Of a stretch of DNA of 64,000 nt, positions 38,075 to 48,967 are shown piece after piece. This stretch comes from Mobula hypostoma (taxonomy: Eukaryota). A program made the translations under genes and the position numbers. Within the stretch, counting starts at the first letter, position 1, and each line of letters begins with the position of its first letter. The DNA is taken from positions 76,076,001-76,140,000 of the forward strand of contig NC_086108.1 of the NCBI RefSeq assembly GCF_963921235.1, given 5' to 3'. The notes under the pieces are model-generated. The model ran no database searches, was not told the DNA's origin, and saw only the letters and a program-made list of their open reading frames with translations.

Positions 38075-39934
38075 ATTTGTACTCTAACCTTGTCCTTCCT
38101 TACATTCATGTTACACCTATCATTTACTTGTAAGCCTGCTGGCTTATCCTCAGCTCTATCGTACTGTTTCCCATCCCCCTGCCATATTAGTTTAAGCACT
38201 TCCAACAGGTCTAGTAAATCTGCCCGCAAGAATATTGGTCCCCTTCAGATTCAAGTACAACCCGTCCCTTTTGTACAGGTCCCATCTGCCCCAGAAGAGG
38301 TTCCAATTATCCAGAAATCTGAATCCCTCTCTCCTGCTCCAATTCTTCAGCTACACGTTTATCTTGCACCTTATTCTATTCCTATCCTCACTGTCGTATG
38401 GCACAGGCAGCAATCCTGAGATTACTACTCGAGGTCCTGCTTCTCAGCTTTCTTCCTAACTACCTGTATTTTTTTCAGGACCTCCTCCCTTTTCCTTCCT
38501 ATGTCATTGGTACCAATATGTACCACGACTTCTGACGGCTCACCATCCCTTTTCAGGATATTGTGGTCGCTTGGCACCTATGAGATAAACATCTTGGACC
38601 CTGGCACCAAGGAGGCAAACTACCATCTGTGTTTCCTTTTTGTCTGCACAGAATCGCTTATCTGACCTCCTGACTGTAGAGTCCCCTATTGCTGCTGCCA
38701 TCCACTTCAGTTCCTTCCCCTTCTGAGTGGCCAGAGGCACAGCCACTGTTGCTTCCTCCAGGTGGGTTTTCACCCCCCCCCCAAATGGAGTACTTATTGT
38801 TGAGGGGGATGGCCACAGAGGTGCTCTCCACTATCTGATGTTCTCCCTTGCCTCTCCTGTCTCCTGTAGCCTTGGGGTTACTGCCTCCTGTAGCCTTGGG
38901 GTTACTGCCTCCCTGTAGCTCCTGGCTATCACTGCTTCACTTTCCCTAACAGGCCAAAGGTCATTAACACGGTCTCTTAAGGAGCTGTATCTCAATGCAC
39001 CTGGCTCAGATGTGGCCATCGGGGTGGCTGGAAGTCTCCTGGAAATCCCTCATCTCACGCGGACCAGGTCACTGGCTCTGTAGACATACCCCCATTCTCT
39101 CCAGAGTTGAATAAGAAATAAGGAATGAACTTGCCTACCCCTCCGCCTGATATCATTGAAGCCTTGTTGAGCTAATGCCTTACTACTCTGACTCAAGACT
39201 TCTCCCACGACGACCGCAGTACACCTCTTTTATAGAGACTGGGTTTTTAAAAGCTCTTTGTCGGACCTACATGGGAACGCTCCTGCTGCATCTAGGCGGT
39301 ACTCCAATCAATGACTCCCATTGAAATACTTGCTGCTAGCACTTTACCTGCTATAATTTTACATGTTGCCATTATTAGGTTCTCACCAACTGTGTGACTT
39401 TTCCTTTTTTGGGTAACAACTTCTACCAAACAACTTGCTTCCTTTTACCTTTTTACTGTCTTTATTAACAATAGCTTTACTCTGTTTTGAGATTCCAATA
39501 ACTGTTGAAAATAATCATCACTTTTGCATGTCATATAGGTGTGATTTGTAGTCTTTTCAATTTTATTCGAACCATTGCTGCATTTGTAAGTTGTTTGCCA
39601 CAGACTAGGCACAATGGAATAGGACAACTTGGATAACCAGTCCATGTAAAACCCAATGATAAGTAGCTTTCATTTGTAAAGACAGACTTTGCTTTTGTGT
39701 CCCTTGTTGCATAATATGAACGGCATAATAAATAACTAAATGAGAAAACCACAAAAAACACGAAAACTTCACAATGTAATTCGCTTCTAATCTACACAAT
39801 CTGCCTTTTGCAATGTTACACAACAGCAAAGTGGCAGGCCAGCAACTAAGTCGCAGCAAGTAAAAATTCCTTTACAATGAAAATTTCTCTCCAAATTTCT
39901 GCTACACCAGTAAAGTTTGTTCGCTCCCGTAAAT

Positions 39935-41128
39935 CAGCGGTCCCCAACCACCAGGCTGTGGACCGGTACCGGGCCGTGAAGTATGTGCTACTGGGCCACG
40001 AGGAAAGGATATGATTTGGCGATATGAGTGAGCTGCACCTTTCCTCATTCCCTGTCACGCACTATTGAGCTTGAACGCATGCGAGGTCATTACGCACACG
40101 TCATCCATGTCAGGGCGGGAAGATCTACTCCTCGAGCTTGCAAATGACGGCGGGCTGAAAAGTATGTTTGACATAACATCTCTGCCGGCATTCCGGATCA
40201 AAGTCAAGGCTGAATATCCTGAGATAGCCACGAAAGCACTGAAAACGTTGCTTCCATTTCCAACATATCTCTGCAATGAATGCAACGAAAACTAAATTGT
40301 GGAATAAACTGGACATAAGGAACCCTCTTTGAGTATCGCTGTCTCCCATCACCACTCGATGGGACTGTCTTGATGCAGGGAAACAAGCCCAGGGCTCCCA
40401 CTGATTCAGCGATATTGGTGTGTTGCAATGATTTTATATGTTCATACGGGGAAAATATGTGCTGTGTGTTTAATATCCAAACGTTATTTAAAATGTTAAG
40501 ATGCTATTGACTTACATAACCATATAACAATTACAGCACGGAAACAGGCGATCTCGGCCCTTCTAGTCCGTGCCGAACGCTACACTCACCTAGTCCCACT
40601 GACCTGCATTCAGCCCATAACCCTCCATTCCTTTCCTGTCCATATACCTATCCAATTTTTCTTCAAATGATAATACTGAACCTGCCTCTACCACTTCTAC
40701 TGGAAGTTCGTTCAACACTTACTTCAAGCTCCCCTGTCTTCCCCTGATAATTGACTTATCACTATATTCATGCAAGGAAAATATGCGCTGTGTGTTTAAT
40801 ATTAAATTCGTTAGATAAACCCTTTTAGAAACGAAATTGAGTGTATTAGCCACTTATCACCTATATTCTGGTTGTGATCAACACCCCCCCCCGAACAAAA
40901 TCGCCAGAAGCGATTTGTAGAAAAAAATCGACACGTACACGCATGCACACTGGTGCCCGCGCAAGGCTTCATGGTCATTATAGTCTTTTCGGAGTAAACA
41001 CAACGTATTTGACTGCTACTTTTGCCCGTTGGCAACCCTGCACCCCCCCGCCGGCCGGATCGACCGGTCCGCAAGAATATTGTCAATAATAAACCAGTCC
41101 TCAGTGCAAAAAAGGCTGGGAACCCCTG
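39935..41128 (+). mobile_element. Second copy of the CR1-carrying non-autonomous hAT, opposite orientation
   Basis: TIRs CAGCGGTCCCCAACC / GGCTGGGAACCCCTG; perfect 8-bp TSD CCGTAAAT; colinear with the reverse complement of 7274-8459. Confidence 0.92.
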
Positions 41129-41853
41129 CCGTAAATTAGTCAGCGGTGCATAAGGAGAAGTTTGGGAAGGTAATTCAGGAGGGAGAGGCTGACATCACAG
41201 TTGGAAGAGTCCGTTCAATGATCAGAAAACGTACCGTGCTCCTCATCAACCTACTGTACTCCCCTCCATGCAATACAGCACTTCTCATTAGCCTGCTGGC
41301 CTCCCGTCTGCAATCCAGTGCTCACCAATTATCAGCCGCCACTCCTATCTCGCATCAAAAACTGAGAATGGACTCAAGCAAATAACCACGGTCCTAGTGA
41401 GGGGGACTAGTGAGAGAGGCCACCAAGAGACTTGTGACAACTCTGGAGGAGTTGCAAGCTTCAGTGGCTGAGATGGGAAAGATTAGTCATACAGCAAAAT
41501 ACAGGGAAATCCTGGAGGAAAGCCAGGTCATGGCATAAAGACAAAGCTTAAAAACAGGAATGGCTTAAAAACAACAGAATTAATGTCTTGGAGTGGCCAA
41601 GTCAGGGTCCAGGCCTCAATCCAATTGAGAATTTGTGGCTGGACTTGAAAAGGGCTGTTCACTCTTCCCATGCAATCTGACAAAGCTTGAGCAGTTTTGT
41701 AAAGAAGAATGGGGAAAAATTGCAGTGTCTAGATATGCAAAGCTGATAGAGACCTATCCTCACAGTCTCAAGGCTGTAATTGCTGCCAAGGGTGCACCTA
41801 CTAAATACTGACTTGAAGGGGGTGAATACTTGTGCAGTCAATTATTATGTGAT

Positions 41854-42140
41854 TATAGCGATGTGCTACACACAGTGTTAGAATAACCACATAGAGTCGG
41901 TGAGTTAGAGTTGCGATGAAAGAGATTTATTCAAACTTCGTGGCCCGCTTTAAAGCTTTCCCGTTCCCGCCCTCCCTGGGCGGGACTACTGTGGGGAATG
42001 CATATTCCCAGACACTTCCTGCGCGCGGGATTTTCCCCCTGCTGGTGAAGATGGCCTGGTGCCCTTTTTGCTGCCGGTCCTCTGCCTGCGTGCGCTGTTT
42101 CGTGAGCCGGTTCGTGGGTGCCAGAAAGTGGGTCGCCACA
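41854..42140 (-). repeat. Gypsy 3' LTR (287 bp)
   Basis: Direct repeat of 45923-46210; I count 11 substitutions and 1 indel. Confidence 0.95.
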
Positions 42141-42149
42141 TAACCCCCC

Positions 42150-45100
42150 CCCCAGAACCGGCGATACCTCCCCCAATGTCCACAGTCTGGATCGGCCTCT
42201 GTTTGGGAGGTCTGCCCCTGCGCCGCGGTGCCTGAGCCTAGACCGGTTGCGCCAAGTCCACATGGGCCGGTTTGAGTCGGTCCACCGTGAAAACCTCCTC
42301 TCTCCCCCCAATGTCCAGCACGAACGTGGACCCGTTGTTCCTGATCACCTTAAACGGCCCCTCTTTAGGGCCGCTGTAGCGGTGCCCGGTGTCCGCCCCG
42401 TCGTACAAAAAGAAACTTACAGTTCTGCAGGTCTTTGGGTATGCAGGTCGGGCTCTGTCCGTGCTGTGAAGTGGGTATGGGGGCCAGGTTACCGAGCCTC
42501 TCCCGTAGTCTGTCCAGGACTGCTGTGGGTTCTTCCTCTTGCCCCCTTGGGGCTGGTATGAACTCTCCTGGGACGACCAGGGGCGCGCCGTACACCAACT
42601 CAGCCGACGAGGTGTGTAGATCCTCTTTGGGCGCCGTGCGGATTCCGAGCAGGACCCAGGGAAGTTCGTCCGCCCAGTTAGGCCCCTCCAGGCGGGCCAT
42701 GAGAGCCGATTTCAGGTGACGGTGGAAGCGCTCCACTAGTCCGTTCGACTGTGGGTGGTAGGCAGTTGTGTGGTGTAGCTGTGTTCCTAAAAGTCTGGCC
42801 ATAGCCGACCACAGGCTGGAGGTGAACTGGGCGCCCCTGTCGGAGGTAATGTGGGCCGGTACCCCAAAGTGTGCTACCCAGGTTGCGATCAGTGCTCGGG
42901 CGCAGGATTCGGAGGTGGTGTCGCTGAGCGGGACTGCCTCTGGCCATCTGGTGAACCGGTCTATCATAGTTAGGAGGTACCGCGCTCCTCGTGACACTGG
43001 CAGGGGCCCCACGATATCCACATGGATGTGGTCGAACCTCCGGCGGGTGGGTTCGAACCGCTGCACCTTGGCCGTTTAGCACTACATACACGTTTTGGCC
43101 CATTCACTGACCTGTTTACGAAGTCCATGCCACACGAACCTGTTGGAGACCAGCCGGACAGTTGTCCTGATGGAGGGGTGCGCTAAGTTGTGAATGGATT
43201 CGAACACCTGCCGGCGCCAGGCTGCTGGGACGACGGGGCGGGGTTGGCCGGTAGCTACGTCACACAGTAGGGTCCTCTCACCTGGGCCTACGGGGAGGTC
43301 TTGGAGCTGCAAACCGGAGACTGCAGTCCTGTAGCTGGGGATCTCAGCGTCTGCCTGCTGTGCCTCTGCCAGCGCTGCATAGTCCACCCCCTGGGACAGG
43401 GCCTGTATGGTAGGTCTGGAAAGTGCGTCTGCCACGACATTGTTCTTTCCAGAGACATGCCGGATGTCCGTCGTGTACTCGGAGATGTAGGACAGATGTC
43501 GCTGCTGGCGGGACGACCAGGGGTCGGACACCTTAGTGAACGCAAAGGTAAGCAGTTTGTGGTCTGTGAACGCGGTGAAGGGCCTACCTTCTAAGAAGTA
43601 CCTGAAATGCCGGATTGCCAGGTATAGTGCCAATAGCTCCCGGTTGAAAGCACTGTATTTGAGTTCGGGTGGTCGTAGGTGTTTGCTGAAGAACGCCAGG
43701 GGTTGCCAGCGACCCTCGATGAGTTGTTCCAGCACTCCACCGACTGCTGTGTTGGATGCGTCCACCGTGAGGGCAGTAGGAACATCCGTTCTGGGGTGCA
43801 CTAGCATCGCGGCGTTTGCCAAGGCTTCTTTGGTTTTAACGAAAGCGGTTGTGGCCTCTTCGTTCCAGGTACTGTCCTTGCCCTTACCCGACATTAGAGT
43901 GAACAAGGGGCGCATGGTTCGGGCTGCTGAGGGGAGGAAACGGTGGTAGAAATTCACCATACCCACGAATTCCAGCAAGCCTTTGATTGTGTTGGGTCGG
44001 GGGAAGTGGCGGACCGTGTCTACCTTGGCGGGCAGCGGGGTTGCCCCGTCTTTAGTAATCCTGTGGCCCAGGAAGTCGATGGTGTCGAGTCCGAACTGGC
44101 ATTTGGCTGGATTGATTGTAAGGCCGAATTCACTCAGGCGGGAGTAGAGCTGGCGGAGGTGGGACAGATGCTCCTGCCGACTACTGCTGGCTATGAGGAT
44201 GTCGTCCAAATAGATGAATGCAAAGTCCAGGTCGCGTCCCACCGCGTCCATTAGCCGCTGGAAAGTCTGTGCGGCATTCTTTAGACCAAACGGCATTCGG
44301 AGGAATTCGAAAAGTCCGAACGGGGTGATAAGTGCTGTTTTGGGGATGTCGTCCGGATGTACAGGGATTTGATGGCATCCCCGGACGAGGTCTACCTTGG
44401 AAAAGATCCTTGCGCCGTGTAGGTTTGCTGCGAAGTCTTGAATGTGCGGCACAGGGTAGCGGTCTGGCGTTGTAGCCTCGTTCAGTCTGCGGTAGTCACC
44501 GCATGGTCTCCAGCCCCCCGTTGCCTTGGGCACCATGTGAAGGGGGGAGGCCCATGGGCTGTCAGACCGTCGTATGATCCCTAATTCCTCCATCTTCTTG
44601 AACTCCTCCTTCGCCAGCCGGAGCTTGTCCGGGGGAAGCCTTCGAGCACGGGCGTGGAGGGGTGGTCCCTGGGTCGGGATGTGGTGCTGTACTCTGTGTC
44701 TGGGCATGGCTGCCGTGAACTGCGGTGTCAGTACTGATGGGAAATCCGCCAGGACCCTGGTGAATTCATCGTCGGACAGCGTGATGGAGTCCAGGTGTGG
44801 GGCTGGCAACTGTGCTTCACCCATGGAGAACGTTTGAAAAGTCTTGGCGTGGACTAATCGCTTCCCTTGCAAGTCGACCAGCAGGCTGTGGGCTCGTAGA
44901 AAATCTGCCCCCAGCAGTGGTTGGGCCACGGCGGCCAGTGTGAAGTCCCACGTGAACCGGCTGGAGCTGAACTGTAGCTGCACCGTGCGGGTGCCGTAGG
45001 TTCGTATTGTGCTGCCATTAGCGGCCCTCAGGGTGGGTCCCAGTTCTCTGTTCCGGGTGTCGTAACTCGTTGGAGGTAAGACGTTGATCTCCACTCCGGT

Positions 45101-45205
45101 GTCGACCAAAAAGCGGCGTCCCGACTGCTTGTCCCAGACGTACAGGAGGCTGTCCTGATGGCCAGCCGCCGTAGCCATCAGCGGCGGCTGGCCCTGGCGT
45201 TTCCC
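42150..45205 (-). pseudogene. pol: Gypsy pol (protease, RT, RNase H, integrase), disrupted in the integrase
   Basis: FLVDTG, YLDD, VDAS, FTDHK, HVDIVGPLP, SDRG, VERFHR; two stops in the integrase zinc finger (~43076-43084) and a stop/frameshift at ~42365. Confidence 0.93.
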
Positions 45206-45882
45206 GGGAATTTGCAGGGCGGTCTGCAGCGGCGGGCCTCCGTGCCCCACTGCTGGTGGTAGAAACACCATTGTTCGTTGGGCTCCTCACTCCCGTCGCC
45301 GGGTTTTGTAGGCTCTGCTGCCGGGCCTGGTCTGGTCTGTCGTTGGGCACGTGGCTTGGTGATCTGTGCGACGGATGCCCCTCTCTCTTTCCTGGCATTC
45401 CACAGCACATCTGCTCGGGCCGCCACCTCCCGGGGGTTGCTGAAATCTGCGTCGGACAGCAGCAGGCATATGTCCTCGGGCAGTTGCTCTAGGAGCGCCT
45501 GCTCAAACATGAGGCAGGGTTTGTGTCCTTCAGCCAGGGCCAGCATCTCGTTCATTAATGCTGACGGCGGCCTGTCTCCCAAACCATCCAGGTGCATTAA
45601 ACGGTGTGCTCGTTCGCGCCGTGAGAGTCCGAAAGTCCTTATGAGCAGGGCTTTGAATGCTGTGTATTTGCCGTCCTCCGGGGGCGACTGTATAAACTCC
45701 TCAACTTGTGCAGCAGTCTCCTGGTCGAGGGAGCTCAGCATGTAGTAGTAGCGAGTGGACTCCGAGGTTATCTGCCGAATGTGGAATTGTGCTTCTGCTT
45801 GTTTGAACCATAAATGGGGTTGCAGCGTCCAGAAGCTTGGCAGTTTTAACGAAACGGCGTGAACAGATGCAGCGTCGGTCAT
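45178..45882 (-). CDS. gag: Gypsy gag, 234 aa, open
   Basis: [28 protein letters not shown]-terminal [19 protein letters not shown] zinc-knuckle-like motif. Confidence 0.88.
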   Translation of the reverse strand: MTDAASVHAVSLKLPSFWTLQPHLWFKQAEAQFHIRQITSESTRYYYMLSSLDQETAAQVEEFIQSPPEDGKYTAFKALLIRTFGLSRRERAHRLMHLDGLGDRPPSALMNEMLALAEGHKPCLMFEQALLEQLPEDICLLLSDADFSNPREVAARADVLWNARKERGASVAQITKPRAQRQTRPGPAAEPTKPGDGSEEPNEQWCFYHQQWGTEARRCRPPCKFPGNARASRR

Positions 45883-45906
45883 CTCTGGTCCAAATATCGT
45901 TTGGGC

Positions 45907-45920
45907 CGTCGGGGTCACCA
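45907..45920 (-). promoter_or_regulatory. Primer-binding site, tRNA-Trp type
   Basis: TGGTGACCCCGACG starts 2 nt inside the 5' LTR boundary and is complementary to the tRNA-Trp 3' end (...CGUCGGGGUCACCA). Confidence 0.85.
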
Positions 45921-45922
45921 AT

Positions 45923-46210
45923 TGTAGCGATGTGCTACACACAGCGTTAGAATAACCACACGGAGTCGGTGAGTTAGAGTTGCGATGAAAAGAGATGTAT
46001 TCAAACTTCGCGGCCCGCTTTAAAGCCTTCCCGTTCCCGCCCTCCCTGGGCGGGACTACTGTGGGGAATGCATATTCCCAGACCCTTTCTGCGCGCGGGA
46101 TTTTCCCCCTGCTGGTGAAGATGGCCTGGTGCCCTTTTTGCTGCCGGCCCTCTGCCTGCGCGCGCTGTTTCGTGAGCCGGTTCGTGGGTGCCAGAAAGTG
46201 GGTCGCCACA
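45923..46210 (-). repeat. Gypsy 5' LTR (288 bp)
   Basis: TG...CA termini; adjacent to the PBS. Confidence 0.95.
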
Positions 46211-46780
46211 TGATTTATATTTGTGATTGATTTATATCACTTTGTAGTGATCTGTTTCACTTTGACATGAAAGTGTCTTTTACTGTTGATCAGTGTCAAA
46301 AAAGCCAAATTAAATCTATTGTGATTCAATGTTGTAAAACAATAAAACATGAAAGCTTCCAAGGGGGTGAATACCTTTTATGGGCACTGTATATTCAGGC
46401 AATAGAGTGATTTGGATTCAGTACAGGCAGAAGAGATTTAGTTCAGTTTGCCATCATGTTCAACTGAACATAGGCTGAAGGTCTGTTACTGCACTGTACT
46501 GGTCTAAGCTTAAGTAAAGTTAGCATTTTAGATACAAACTTAAGTTAATAGGGGAAAGTTAGTTAGGATTCTCCCTAGTGCATCCCCAGATTTTAGTACA
46601 GACTATTTGAATATACTTGATTTTACATTATATCTTAAAACTATTCTCCTTTTTGAGTGTTTTTCCTTGTGACTTTTAGTCAATTTTTCTTTTCATCGAA
46701 ATTTGGCTTGGATTTTGAGTATGCAAAAATAAGCTATTTTATTTCCAGTTAAGTACTCTTGTCCTCATTTTCTTTTTCAG

Positions 46781-46884
46781 TTTCTTCCTTGCATTCAATA
46801 TTTTGGTGGTGAAAGGTGAAGAATACTTTAAAAATCTAGGGAGTCAAGCCCCATTTGTGGAGAACGAAACAGTTTGCATTTCAG
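46781..46884 (+). other. DMAP1: Candidate 104-nt non-coding 5'-UTR exon of DMAP1
   Basis: Strong acceptor ctcattttctttttcag|, donor CAG|GTCAGT, no ATG inside, lies in non-repeat-looking sequence. Confidence 0.4.
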
Positions 46885-48796
46885 GTCAGTATTCTTTCAT
46901 CAGTTGGAGAGCATTTTAGATGCACCAGCAGCGTTCTGTTGTGGGGAAGAGTGAGGAGAGTGAACAGAACCTTGGACTAAAAGTTAGCTTTTAGGCTGGA
47001 GTATAAACTTGGAAGGACATTAATTGATGGTTAGGAAGGGCATCTGGAGATCAGAGAAGGTAGATTAATATTAACATGGTGTAACAATAATTCTGTTTCT
47101 GTTCCCATGGATGTGGCCTGATCAGCTGAGTATTTCCAGCATTTTCTGTTTTTAAATTACTTCGGCATTATTTAGGTGTTGGCGAGGTGCTAGAGCTAGG
47201 AACTTGGATGAGTAACTTAGTTACAGAAGAGTTCTCCCAGATTGAAGGTAAACAGACTATCCAAGTAATGCCCAAGAATTAGCATTCTGAGACCAGCAAG
47301 GTTGTATGAGGGATACTATCTCTTATGTACCTTTGACTGCCACTAAAATTGATCTGAAGTTGAAAGGAATAAATGAAGAAAGACAGGAGGTGTGGGTGGA
47401 TCCTGTATTGATTGCAGGTGAAAAGGCTGAGGATTTGAAAAGGAATTTCCTGAGCATTGAGTGGGTGATGTGCAGACCAGAGTCAGGGAACAAATAGTTG
47501 TGGGAAAATTTAGTTGGAAGAGACTATGATCAGATGGAGTGACAGCAAAAGGTACTCAAATACCAGAGTGAGAATTTTGAACTTGAGACAATGCATGATT
47601 GGCTGTCAGTGTGGATGAGCAAAGAAAGATGTATTAAGTATTTAATTTAATTTTGTGGTAGGCTGTAGAATTCTGAAACAGCTGATTATAAAATGTGGAG
47701 CATGAGAGAGATTTGTGAGAATTAAATCTTCAGTGTAAATGGATTAACACATTGAAGGAGACAGATGTTAGAAATGTCATCTGGATTTATTTTGAATGCT
47801 AAGAATATATCTTAAAACAGATAGTTCAACCTTGCAAAAGAATAAAATTTGTGACAACAAATGTATGCTTCTGCCAGTGTCCAGTGAAATAGGGTAAGGT
47901 TTAGAATAGTGAAATTCAAATATTTGTTAGTACTTGAATTTCGATCTAGTGTCGCCACCTCCAACGGGATCCCACCACTAAGCACATCTTTCCCTCCCCC
48001 CCTCTCTCTGCATTCCGCAGGGATCGCTCCCTACACAACTCCCTTGTCCATTCGTCCCCCCCATCCCTCCCCACTGATCTCCCTCCTGGCACTTATCCGT
48101 GTAAGCGGAACAAGTGCTACACATGCCCTTACACTTCCTCCCTTACCACCATTCAGGGCCCCAAACAGTCCTTCCAGGTGAGGCATCACTTCACCTGTGA
48201 GTCGACTGGGATGATATACTGCGTCCGGTGCTTCCGATGTGGCCTTTTATATATTGGTGAGACCCGACGCAGACTGGGAGACCGCTTTGCTGAACATCTA
48301 CGCTCTGTCCGCCAGAGAAAGCAGGATCTCCCAGTGGCCACACATTTTAATTCCACATCCCATTCCCATTCTGACATGTCTATCCACGGCCTCCTCTACT
48401 GTAAAGATGAAGCCACACTCAGGTTGGAGGAACAACACCTTATATTCCGTCTGGGTAGCCTCCAACCTGATGGCATGAACATTGACTTCTCTAACTTCCG
48501 CTAGGCCCCACCTCCCCCTCGTACCCCATCTGTTACTCTTTTTAATGCACACATTCTTTCTCTCACTCTCCTTTTTCTCCCTCTGTCCCTCTGAATATAC
48601 CTCTTGCCCATCCTCTGGGTCACCCCCCCCCTGTCTTTCTTCCCGGACCTCCTGTGCCATGATCCTCTCATATCCCCTTTTGCCTATCACCTGTCCAGCT
48701 CTCGGCTCTATCCCTCCCCCTCCTGTCTTCTCCTATCATTTTGCATCTCCCCCTCCCCCTCCAGCTTTCAAATCCCTTACTCACTCTTCCTTCAGT

Positions 48797-48834
48797 TAGT
48801 CCTGACGAAGGGTCTCGGCCTGAAACGTCGACTG
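48797..48834 (+). ncRNA. Minimal type I hammerhead ribozyme, 5' repeat
   Basis: Stem I TAGTC/GACTG, core CTGACGA 48802-48808, stem II, GAAA 48822-48825, CG-TC; predicted cut after 48829. Confidence 0.82.
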
Positions 48835-48967
48835 CGCCTCTTCCTATAGATGCTGCTTGGCCTGCTGCGTTCACCAGCAACTTTGATGTGTGTTGCTTGA
48901 ATTTCCAGCATCTGCAGAATTCCTGTTGTTTGCGTTTAAATTCACTACTGCGAAGCCTCTTCCGGTG

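Larger units (their letters stand above)
33005..39300 (-). mobile_element. Near full-length degraded CR1 LINE (ORF1 and ORF2) with nested inserts
   Basis: ORF1 IGDSTVRRSDKRFC at 38540-38773, endonuclease 37253-37645 (ITELWL, MGDFN), RT 35727-36367 (DFQKAFDKV, FADD). Confidence 0.9.
31372..39930 (-). mobile_element. hAT (Buster/Charlie) transposase remnant split by a 7.2-kb insertion block
   Basis: N-terminal YLSLGFTWTG..PIPLCLVCGKQLTNAAM (39340-39720) joins FSIWVDESTD..AFVRF..ICTDGAPSM (31738-32143) across ...KVLG|EDVV; right terminus not resolved. Confidence 0.8.
41854..46210 (-). mobile_element. Ty3/Gypsy LTR retrotransposon, full-length and defective, no env
   Basis: Two LTRs, 4-bp TSD TGAT (41850-41853, 46211-46214), PBS, G-rich PPT at 42141-42153, gag plus PR-RT-RH-IN domain order. 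Confidence 0.97.
30926..46389 (+). mobile_element. Tc1-family transposon with long TIRs, expanded to 15.5 kb by nested insertions
   Basis: TA|CAGTGCCTGTAAAAAGTATTCACC ... GGTGAATACCTTTTATGGGCACTG|TA; transposase remnants at 41380-41812 ([27 protein letters not shown]); right TIR is split by the Gypsy element. Confidence 0.8.

Noticed and set aside
38862..38915. Short direct repeats as a CRISPR-like or regulatory array
   Set aside because: A simple 24-bp tandem duplication in CR1 ORF1 with no spacers; the context is eukaryotic
7274..41128. 34-kb composite transposon bounded by the two inverted hAT copies
   Set aside because: Each copy has its own matching 8-bp TSD, and the outer flanks (GGCTAAGG vs CCGTAAAT) do not match
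45883..46209. N-terminal 109 aa of the 343-aa gag ORF in the ORF track
   Set aside because: Runs through the LTR and PBS from a non-ATG start; the plausible start is the ATG at 45882
47911..47952. Long TSD or inverted tail at the 5' end of the long Penelope copy
   Set aside because: Only CTAGT (47946-47950 and 52411-52415) and a short GAAATTCAA/TTGAATTTC palindrome are visible; too short to call
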